From an uncultured Candidatus Rokubacteria bacterium (lineage in GTDB: Bacteria > Methylomirabilota > Methylomirabilia > Rokubacteriales > CSP1-6): a DNA stretch of 64,000 bases. Below are positions 32,339 through 41,317 of this stretch, piece after piece. Position 1 is the stretch's first letter. The number at the start of each line of letters is the position of its first letter. The stretch lies in NCBI GenBank assembly GCA_963747235.1, contig CAVVEU010000040.1, positions 352,001 through 416,000 on the forward strand, written 5' to 3'. A model generated the notes under the pieces. The model searched no databases and was not told the DNA's origin. It worked only from the letters and a program-made list of their open reading frames with translations. Made by a program: the position numbers and the translations under genes.

Positions 32339-35300
32339 TCAGTCGACCTCCCCGCCGATGCCGAACTCCACGCGCCCGCCCGCCGACGGCGACGCGGCGC
32401 CCGCCGCCGCCGCGCTCGGCGCGTCCGCGGGCGCGGGGGTCGCGGCGGCCGCGGGCGCGGCCAGCGCCTGCACCCGCGCCTCCGGAATGCCCTCCACCTT
32501 GGTGAGCCGCTCGCGGGTCACGTCGAGCCGGCGCTGGCGCAGCTCGGCGAGCGGGCCGGTCGGCTCCGGCTCGCGCTTGCGCAGCAGCACGAGCTGCTCC
32601 TCCACCGACATCGGGAGCTGGGCGTCCTTGACGATGACCTGGTAGTAGCGCCGCAGCGCGGCCGCCTGGTCCGCGATCCCCTGCTCCTGCTGGAACTTCT
32701 GCAGGCGCGCCGCCACCGCGCGCTCCTTGAGCGTCTCGACGTCGGCGGGCGAGGTCACCGAGGCCAGGGTCAGGCTCACGTAGGGCGAGCGGCGGAGGAA
32801 GTCGCCGACCCGGACGGTCTGGCGCTCCAGCTCCGGGCTCAGCACCGCGCTGCCCGCCGCGAAGACCACCGGATCCACCTTGATCTCGTCGATCTTGTCG
32901 CCGCTCGGTGAAGAGGCCGCCGATGGCCCGGAAGGGCGCCTTCAGGATGTTGACGATGACGTTCCGGACCGCGGTCCAGATCGCGTCGCTGAAGTCGAAC
33001 TGCTTGTCGGTGAGGGTGCCGGTGATGGGCACGTTGACGTGGATGTTGCCGTCGCCGTCCTTGAGCAGGGCCACGACCAGCCCCAGCGGCAGGCCGATCC
33101 GCTTCTTGACCTCGTCGGATTCCTTGGCGGGCGCGACCCGCAGGTTGCCGACCAGGATGTCGTTCTTGGCGTCGAGCTTGTCCTGCTCGATCTTGTACTC
33201 GAGCTTGGTGGTCAGCTCGCCGCGCCGGATGATCCAGCCGATCATGCCCTCCACGTAGGGATTGGCGGCGGGCAGGGCCAGCTTCTTCAGCTCGCCCACC
33301 ATGTCCACGTAGGTGGGCGCGCCGATCGCGGACAGGTCGCCGCGGAGGTCCAGCGCCGAGTCGCCGCCGATGAGCGCCTGCACGAGCAGGTTGGCCCGCT
33401 GGCTCTTCTTGTTGGAGAGGTCCTTGACCGTCACGGTCAGCTTGGAGATGTCCTGGGAGAACGGCGGCTGGGTCGTGCGGTCGAGGAACCGCACGTACCC
33501 GTCCTCGACCACGATCTCCTTGAAGTAGAGCTCCATCGTCTCCAGCAGCCCCGGCGACTTGGCAGTCGCGCTGGAAGTCGAAGCGGCAGGAGGCGCGGCA
33601 GTTGCCTGGGGAGGCGCAGCCGAAGGCGAGCCGACCGGATTCGAGACCATGAAGAGCTTCTGCACGTTGATGCCGTCGGGCCCGCGGTCCAGCTCGGCCA
33701 CCGGGGCCTTCAGGCGCACCTTCGCCACGCGCGCGTGGGTCGGCCAGCCGAAGTCGATGCCGGTGATCTCCATCCGCTCGAGCCGCAGCGGGGCCTCCTT
33801 GCCGTCGGGGGTCTTCACGGCCAGGTCGGTGGCCCAGCTATTGCCGCGAGAGAGCGCGGTCAGCTTGCCGTTGGTGATGCGCACCCGGTTCTGGCTGTCC
33901 GAGTTGAACCGGCCCGAGAAGCTCGCCGGAAACGGAAAGTACGCGCGATACGGCTCGATCGGCGCGTTGCGGGTGGTGAGCGTCAGGGTCAGGTCGAGCG
34001 GCTCGATCTTCACCGCCCCCTTCGCGTTGACCTTCCCTCCACCGGGCAGGTCCACCGCGACCGCGAGCTTCATGGGCCGGATGTTCGGCCAGGTCACGTC
34101 GTCGACCTGCACGCCGAGGTTGCTCAGCTTCAGCACCGTGGGCGGCGTCGATATCGCCTCGTCGGTGAACGTCGCTCCGCCCTTCAGCGTGACCTTCTCG
34201 ACCGTGATCTTGAACTCCGGCTCGGCCTTGGCCGGAGCGGGCGAGCGGGTGGACCGGGAGCGGGGGCCGCCGGCTTCGCGGGACGCCGCCTGCGAGCCGC
34301 CGCGCGGCTTCCGGCTTCTTGGTCAGCTCGAGCAAATCGATCTGCTCCTGCTTGTCGCGCACCGCCTTGAGGTCGAGCCCTTCGATGTCCACGCTCGAGA
34401 TCGTGACGACGCGGGACACCAGGTTGACCTCCTTGAGCCCCACCGCGATGCGCGGCACGGTGAGGAACGGGACCGGCTTCCCGGGCTGGGCCAGCGCCAG
34501 GCTGGTCAGCGTCAGGTCGCCCGTGATGAGACCGACCGCGAGCCCACCCTTCCCCAGCTCGAGCTTGAGCGCCATGGTGATGCCCGCGATGCCCGACTCC
34601 AGCGAAGCCGGCAGCGTGGGCGGAAGATAGGGTCGCACCTGCAGCAGGCTGAAGTTCTGGATGGAGAACTTCCCACCGAAGGAGGTCGGGGTCAGGTCGA
34701 TGTCCTGGGCCGAGAACTCGACCGGCGAGTTGTTGAGCGCGCCGTGCACCGCCAGCTTGCCGACCGGCCCCGACGGCTTCGTCGTGAGATTGCCGGCCTC
34801 GATCGAGAGGTCCTGCACCTTCCACTCGCTCACCGGCGTGACCGCGCGATCGGTGCCGGTGAGATTGGCCCGGATCAGGGCGAACCGCTCGATCCCGATC
34901 GTCCAGCGCGACTTGGCCGGGGGCTCGGTGGGCGGCGGCGGCGGCGGCCCCGCGGTGGTGGCGAGCCGGGCCAGGATGTCGGAGAAGTTGAACACGGTCG
35001 GGCTCACGCGCACCAGCTTCACGGTGGGGGCGGTGAGCACCAGCTCCGCGACCCGGATGTGGCCGAAGATCGACGACCACGGGACGACGCGCACGTCCAG
35101 CCGCTCGAACTCGACGAAGGCCTGGGCCGGGTCCGGCTCGGCGAGCCGGAACTTCTTGATCGCCACCCGCCCGGTGAACAGGTTGATGTCGATGTCCTCG
35201 ATGGCGACGACCCGCCCGGTGATCGCGGGGATCTGCTTGAGCGCCTGCCACTTCACGATCTCGGGCAGCGTCCAGATGAAGGCGATGCCCACCACCAGCA

Positions 35301-35352
35301 GGGCGGCCAGGACGATCAGCCAGCGCTTCAGCCGGCGGCTCAGCTCGCGCAT
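32339..35352 (-). CDS. DUF748/AsmA-like lipid-transfer family protein (frameshifts near 34290 and 32905)
   Basis: N-terminal TM, repeated beta-rich units, GLPLGLVVALLKD.DGNI, KAPF, OmpA-like C-terminal ending GRVEF. Confidence 0.8.
33598..33640 (+). repeat. Intragenic repeat copy 3 (antisense within the DUF748 gene)
   Basis: GCAGTTGCCTGGGGAGGCGCAGCCGAAGGCGAGCCGACCGGAT, 2 mismatches over 43 bp to copy 2; read NPVGSPSAAPPQATA. Confidence 0.85.
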
Positions 35353-35358
35353 GGCCGC

Positions 35359-36264
35359 CTAGACCGGGGCCTGGCCCGAGGACGGCTTGAGGAAGGCGTA
35401 GACGCTCGTGAAGTCGCGGCGCCCGAGGCCGTGGGACGACGCGAGGCGGTAGACCTGCTGCGCCGCGGGGGTCACGAAGAGCGGCACCCGGAGATTCCGC
35501 GCCGCGTCCACCGCCAACCCCAGGTCCTTGCACATGAGATCGGTCATGAAGCCCGGCTTGTACTCGTTGCTGGAGGCCGCGGTCGGCATCATGCCCGGCA
35601 CCGGGTGCATGAAGCCCATCAGGAACGTGTTGCCGGAGGACTTGGAGATGACGTCGGTGACCACCTTGGGGTCCATGCCGAAGCCCTCCGCGATGCGGAA
35701 CGCCTCGCTCACCGCGACCCCGCAGACACCCGCGATCAGGTTGTTGCAGAGCTTGACGACCTCGCCGCTGCCGACCGCGCCCACGTGGATGACGTTGGTG
35801 CCCATCGCGGCCAGCGCGGGCTTGGCGTCCTCGAAATCGGTGGCGGCCCCGCCCACCATGATCGCGAGCGTGCCGTCGGTGGCCCGCGGCGTCCCGCCCG
35901 AGACCGGCGCGTCCATGAAGCGCACGCCCCGCTCCTGCGCGGCCTTCGCCACCCGCTGCGACACCGCGGGGTCGATGGTGGACATGTCCACGCACAGCGT
36001 GCCCCGGCGCGCGGCGGCCAGCACGCCGCCGTCGCCGGTGTACACCGATTCCACGTGCGGCGAGGACGGCAGCATGGTCACCACGATGTCCGCGGTGGCC
36101 ACCGCCTCCGCCGCGCTCGCCGCGGCGGTCATGCCCGCCGCGGCGGCGGCCTTCACCGCCTCCGGGTTGGCGTCGAACGCGGTCACGATGAAGCCCTTCT
36201 TCACGAGGTTCTTCGCCATGGGCAGCCCCATGGTGCCCACGCCGATGAAGCCGATGCGCGTCAT
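35359..36264 (-). CDS. 3-hydroxyisobutyrate dehydrogenase family protein
   Basis: GFIGVGTMG, DAPVSGG, KLCNN, HPVPG...Y.PGF..LMCKDLGLA (MmsB-like). Confidence 0.85.
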   Translation of the reverse strand: MTRIGFIGVGTMGLPMAKNLVKKGFIVTAFDANPEAVKAAAAAGMTAAASAAEAVATADIVVTMLPSSPHVESVYTGDGGVLAAARRGTLCVDMSTIDPAVSQRVAKAAQERGVRFMDAPVSGGTPRATDGTLAIMVGGAATDFEDAKPALAAMGTNVIHVGAVGSGEVVKLCNNLIAGVCGVAVSEAFRIAEGFGMDPKVVTDVISKSSGNTFLMGFMHPVPGMMPTAASSNEYKPGFMTDLMCKDLGLAVDAARNLRVPLFVTPAAQQVYRLASSHGLGRRDFTSVYAFLKPSSGQAPV

Positions 36265-37169
36265 GCCTGGCCTCCCTGGGATCGGAGCGAGACGCCCGCC
36301 CACTCCTCGATGATGCGGGCGATCGCGGTGTGGTCCTGCTCGGCCATGCCGCGGGCCATGGCGACACGGTAGACCTCGGCGGCGGCGCGGGCCACCGGCG
36401 AGGGCACCCCCACCTCCTGGGCGAGACGGCCGTAGCCGTCGAGGTCCTTCATCATGAGACGGATCGCGAAGCCCGCGTCGAAGGCGCCGTTGAGGATGAA
36501 CCGGGGGAACTTGTTGTCGCTCGCGTTGGAGCGCCCGCTCGAGGCCTGGAGGATCTCCACCGCGCGCGTCGGATCCACCCCGGCCCGGGCCGCCACCGCG
36601 ACCGCCTCGATGGTCAGCGCGAGGATGCCGCCCGAGCACATGTTGTTCACCAGCTTGATCGCGTGCCCCGCGCCGACCGGACCGGCGTGGAAGATGTTCT
36701 TGCCCATGCAGGCCAGCACCGGGCGCGCGCGCTCGAGCAGCGCGGGGTCGCCGCCGACCATGATGGCGAGCGTGCCCTCGACCGCGCCGCGCACACCGCC
36801 GGAGACCGGCGCGTCGATGAGCGCGGACCCGCGCGCGACCACCTCGCGCTCGAGCTCGCGCGTGAGCGACGGATCGGCCGAGGTCATCTCGAGCACGAGG
36901 CTCCCGGGCCGGAGCGCGTCCAGCAGGCCCTTGGCGCCCAGCAGCACCTCGCGCACCTCCCGCGAGGTCGGCAGGATCGTGATGACGGTCTGCGCGGCCG
37001 CCGCGACCTCGGCGGGCGAGGCGGCCCAGGTGGCGCCGCGGGCCAGCAGCGCGCGCGCCGCGTCCTGGCGAAGATCGTTGACCACCAGAGAATACCCGCC
37101 GTCTATCAGGCGGCCCGCCATCGGCACGCCCATGTTGCCAAGCCCGATGAACCCGATCGTCTCACTCAT
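36261..37169 (-). CDS. Beta-hydroxyacid dehydrogenase (NAD(P)-dependent)
   Basis: GFIGLGNMG, DAPVSGG, KLVNN, GF..LMMKDL. Confidence 0.88.
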   Translation of the reverse strand: MSETIGFIGLGNMGVPMAGRLIDGGYSLVVNDLRQDAARALLARGATWAASPAEVAAAAQTVITILPTSREVREVLLGAKGLLDALRPGSLVLEMTSADPSLTRELEREVVARGSALIDAPVSGGVRGAVEGTLAIMVGGDPALLERARPVLACMGKNIFHAGPVGAGHAIKLVNNMCSGGILALTIEAVAVAARAGVDPTRAVEILQASSGRSNASDNKFPRFILNGAFDAGFAIRLMMKDLDGYGRLAQEVGVPSPVARAAAEVYRVAMARGMAEQDHTAIARIIEEWAGVSLRSQGGQA

Positions 37170-37204
37170 CTTCGAGGTCGTGCCTCCTGTATGCTCGTGC
37201 CGGT

Positions 37205-38113
37205 ATGTTGCTCGGTCTTGTTCTCATCGCGATCGCCGCCGCGTCGTGGGGCACGACCGGCGCCACCATGACTCTACTCTCGCGCGAGGCCGCCGTGTCG
37301 CCGCTTCTCGTCGGCTGGAGCCGCCTCGCCATCGCGGCGCCGGTCCTCGTGCTGGCCGCCGCCGGCGTCGGCCGCTTCGGCGCGCGCCATCCTCGACGAA
37401 GCTCCTGGCCCTCGCTCGCCGACCTGCCGCTCTGCGCCGCACTCGGCCTGGCCATGGCCGCGTACCAGGTCTGCTACTTCCGCGCGGTCACCCTCGTCGG
37501 CGTGGCGCCCGCCGCGCTCCTCGCCATCTGCTCCGCCCCGCTCCTGATCGCGGTGCTGGCCGCCCTCTTCCTCGGCGAGCGGCTGACCCCACTCGTGCGG
37601 CTATCGCTCGGAATGGCGGTCGCCGGGACCACGCTGCTCGTGGTCGGCCCGCGCGGATTCGGCGAGATCGCGGGCCACTTCGGGCTGGGGGCGCTGCTCG
37701 CGCTCGGCGCGGGGGTATCTTACGCCGTGTACGCGGTGGCCGCAAAGGGGCTTCTGGCTCGCGTGACACCGCTCGCGGTGTCCGCGATCACGTTCGCGCT
37801 GGCCGCGCTGTTCCTCGCGCCCGCGCTGCTCGGCGAGACGGCGCCCGCGCGCGCGCTGGCGGCGGGCTGGCCGCTGCTGCTCTACCTGGGAATCGGGCCC
37901 ACCGCGGTGGCCTACGTGATGTTCACCGCGGGGCTGGGCCGCGTGCCCGCCACCGCGGCCGGCATCGTGTCGCTACTGGAGCCGCTCACCGCCACCACGC
38001 TCGGCCTGCTGGTCTTCGGCGAGCGCCTGGGGCCGATCGGCATCGCGGGCGCCGTCCTCCTCCTGGCCGCCCTGGCTCTCCTCACCCTCGCGCGCTCTGG
38101 GGTCAGGTCTTGA
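37205..38113 (+). CDS. DMT/EamA family transporter
   Basis: About 10 TMs, WGTTG, GERL twice, SLLEP. Confidence 0.88.
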   Translation: MLLGLVLIAIAAASWGTTGATMTLLSREAAVSPLLVGWSRLAIAAPVLVLAAAGVGRFGARHPRRSSWPSLADLPLCAALGLAMAAYQVCYFRAVTLVGVAPAALLAICSAPLLIAVLAALFLGERLTPLVRLSLGMAVAGTTLLVVGPRGFGEIAGHFGLGALLALGAGVSYAVYAVAAKGLLARVTPLAVSAITFALAALFLAPALLGETAPARALAAGWPLLLYLGIGPTAVAYVMFTAGLGRVPATAAGIVSLLEPLTATTLGLLVFGERLGPIGIAGAVLLLAALALLTLARSGVRS

Positions 38114-38183
38114 AATACGGCATTTCCGCGCGCGCCGGCTGCACCTGGCGCGATGAAAATGTCGTATTTCAAGACCTGACCCC
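38099..38183. repeat. 85-bp palindromic element (REP/MITE-like) with 27-bp arms
   Basis: GGGGTCAGGTCTTGAAATACGGCATTT ... AAATGTCGTATTTCAAGACCTGACCCC, 1 mismatch. Confidence 0.85.
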
Positions 38184-38185
38184 GA

Positions 38186-39237
38186 TCAGATGCGGTCGAG
38201 GACGCGGCTGACCGCGCGGCTGAACGTGCAGTTGGGCACCACGCAGGAGTGCTTGCCCGAGCCGCCGCCGACCATCACGTAGATGTCGTCGGCCGAGGGC
38301 ACCCGCGGCAGCCGCACCGACTCGTCGGTCTCCTTCGGCCATCCACGTGGGCCAGTCGTGCATGCCCCACATGCCGCCGAGCTTCATGCGGCCGAGCGGC
38401 ATGCGCGCGTTCTCGAAGACGAAGCGCTGCACGTCGGCGCGGGTGAACCCGTCGGCCGCGATGGTCGCGGCGTGCTCGGGCCCGAGCACGACCAGGATCT
38501 GGCTCTGCGAGAGGTACCAGCCCACGTTGGAGCCCAGCGAGGTGGCCACGTCGGCCACGTTGTTGAGGATGCCGGGCGCGGTGGTGGACACGTGGTCGTT
38601 GACGTTGTGCGGGCCCTCGCCGCCGAACACGGTGACCACGCTCTGGTCCGCCTTGAAGCCGAGCGCCACGTGCAGCGGCTCCCACGGCGAGTCCTCGCGC
38701 TCGGTGATCGCGTAGGAGAACTTGGCCGGGCTGCCCTGGGTGGCCATGTCGCCGCGGCCCGGCCAGCCGCCGCCCACGTTCATCAGGATCAGCCGGATCG
38801 CGCGCCCGATGGTGGCATTGGCGCGGAAGCCGGGCCCGAAGAGGCCGGAGCCCGAGTGCAGCCCGATCGTGCGCGCGTAGGGACCGCTCACCACGATCAG
38901 CGGCGCCACCGGATGCGTGGTGGCCTGCACGCCGTACAGATTGAAGGCGGGATCGAGCAGGGCCTGGACGGCGGCCACGATCACCGGGAAGTAGGCAGGC
39001 TCGCAGCCGGCCATGACCGCGTTGATCGCGAGCTTCTCGACCGCGCACTCGCGCCAGAGCGGCGGCATCACCCCGAGCGACTCGGCGGGCTTGCGTCCGG
39101 GCCCCCGCCAGCATCGCGCGCACGCGCTCCGCGGTGGGCGGCACGAACGGGAGCCCGTCGCACCACTCCCGCTTGCAGAATTCCGCGTAGACGTCCTCTT
39201 CCGGCAGGGTCAGCGCCGTCTCGACCACCTCGCCCAT
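38186..39237 (-). CDS. UGSC-associated conserved protein (W.DGLP..PPT family; frameshifts near 39100 and 38340)
   Basis: EWCDGLPFVPPT.ERV, VEKLAINAVMAGC.P.Y.PV, RANATIGRAIRL..N.GG, GSPAK, GGGSGKHS. Confidence 0.75.
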
Positions 39238-39243
39238 CGCGGC

Positions 39244-39774
39244 TCACCGCGGGCCGAGCATGGCGTCGATCTGCTCCACCGCCTGCGCGATCCGGCGGCT
39301 CACGCCCTCCGGCGCCTCACCGCCCAGCGGATGCTGGACGACCAGCAGCGGCAGCCCGGTGGCGCCGAGCGCGGCCATCTCGCCCAGGGCCAGGCGCTGG
39401 AACACGGTGGTGGTGATCAGTCCCGCGGGCGTGCCCGCCTTCGCCAGCTCCAGCGAGTCGTGGAGACTCCACGACGTGCAGGAGCCTCAGTCCGCGGATC
39501 CGGCGAAGACGAGATCACACTCCTTCGCCAGCTCCTCGATGATCGAGTGGGCGGCCCCGGTGGCCGCGTTGGCCTTCCGGAGGATCACCACGCGCTCGAC
39601 GCCGTGGCGCTCCTTGAGCGCCTCGCCGATGCCGGTGACCAGGCGGTCGAAGTTGTGCTTGGTGTTGTCGAGGAAGCCCACCGTGAGGCCGCGCAGATCG
39701 GCGGGCAGCGACGGAATCGCCGTGGTCGCCGTCCGCAGCTCGGCCACCGGGCTCAGCACCGTGATGAGGGACAT
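39244..39774 (-). CDS. UGSC-family selenoprotein, 176 aa (TGA at 39487-39489 read as Sec)
   Basis: GSAD-TGA-GSCTSWSLHD continues in frame for 80 more sense codons with typical codon usage to TGA 39244-39246; SD CAGGTAGGAG. Confidence 0.85.
39457..39475 (-). promoter_or_regulatory. Candidate bacterial SECIS hairpin
   Basis: GUCGUGG-AGUCU-CCACGAC stem-loop starting 11 nt after the in-frame UGA. Confidence 0.65.
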
Positions 39775-39823
39775 GTCGGTCTCCTACCTGTCGGGTGAAC
39801 GGCGTGGCGCTATAGTACCGCAC

Positions 39824-41296
39824 ATGCTCGTCCTGGCGCTGGACGTCGGCACCAGCTCCGCCCGCGCCCGCGTCTTCGACGAGGCCGGCCGCGCGCAGCC
39901 GGGCGCGGAGGGCCAGGTCGCCTACGAGCCGCGCACCACGCCGGACGGCGGCGTCGAGCTGGACGCCGACGCCCTGCTCGCCGCGGTGACGCGCGCGCTC
40001 GACGCCTGCCTCGCGGGCTGCGGCGCGCGCGCGGCCGAGATCGCGGCGGTGGGCGCCTCTGTCTTCTGGCACAGCCTGCTCGCCCTCGACCGCGCGGGCC
40101 GCCCGCTCACCCCGGTCATCACCTGGGCCGACACCCGCAGCGCGACCGCCGCCGCCGCGCTCCGCCGCGAGCACGACGAGCGCCGCATTCACGCGCGCAC
40201 CGGCGCGCCCTTGCACTCCGCGTTCTTCCCCGCCAAGCTCCGCTGGCTGCGCGACGCGCCGCCCCGAGGTCTTCGCGCGCGCCGCCGTCTGGTGTGGCTT
40301 CGGGGAGTACCTGCACGCGCAGCTCACCGGGCATCCGGCCGCGAGCCTCTCGATGGCCTCCGGCACCGGCCTCCTCGATCAGATCGCGGGCGGCTGGGAC
40401 GCCGACATGCTGGCCGTGTCCGGGATCGCCGCCGCGCAGCTCCCGCCCATCGACGACACCGCCGCGCCCGGGCCTGATCGCCCCGCACGCCGCGCGCTGG
40501 CCCGCGCTCGCGCGCGCGCCCTGGCATCCCGCGCGCGGGGACGGGGCGTGCTCGAACGTGGGCTCCGACTGCTGGAGCCCGCGGCGCGTCGCGCTCAATG
40601 TCGGGACCTCCGCCGCGCTCCGCGTCATCCTGCCCGAGCCGCTGGGGCCGCACGCGGCCACGCCGTGGGGGCTCTGGCGCTACCGGGTGGACGCCCGGCG
40701 CGCGCTGGTCGGGGGCGCGACGTCGGAGGGCGGCAACGTGCTGGCCTGGTGCCGCCGGCACCTGGCCCTGCCCGGCGATCCCGCGGCCCTCGAGGCCGCG
40801 CTCGGCGCGGCCGAGCCGGACGGGCACGGGCTCACCGCGCTGCCCTTCCTGGCCGGCGAGCGGAGCCCGGGCTGGCGGCCGGAGGCGCGGGCCGCCGTGA
40901 CGGGCCTCTCCCTGGACACGGGGGCCGTCGAGATCGCCCGGGCGCTGCTCGAGAGCGTGGCGTTCCGCCTGGCCGAGGTCTACGACCGGCTGCGCCCGCT
41001 GGCCGCGCCCGATCACGTGCGTGGTGGCCTCCGGCGGGGCCCTGGCCCATTCACCGACCTGGGCGCGGATCGTGACCGACGCCCTCGGCGTCCCGGTGGC
41101 CCTGGGGGGTGACGCGGAGGCCTCGGCCCGGGGGGCGGCCCTGCTGGCCCTCGAGGCCCTGGGGGTGGCCGTCCCGGAGGCTCCGGCGCCCCTCCGGGTC
41201 CTCCAGCCGGCCCCCGACCGCCATGCCCGGTACCGGGCGGCGAGGGAGCGGCAGCGCCTGCTCTACGACAACATTGTCGGGTTTAAGCAGTCCTGA
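39824..41296 (+). CDS. gntK: Gluconokinase, FGGY family (three frameshifts)
   Basis: LDVGTSS, WHSL, TWADTR, ASGTGL, GDGACSNVG, GTSAALR, LPFLAGERSPGW, SGG; precedes pgi-like and zwf. Confidence 0.8.
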
Positions 41297-41317
41297 GAGA
41301 ATAGCCGCTGCGGGACC

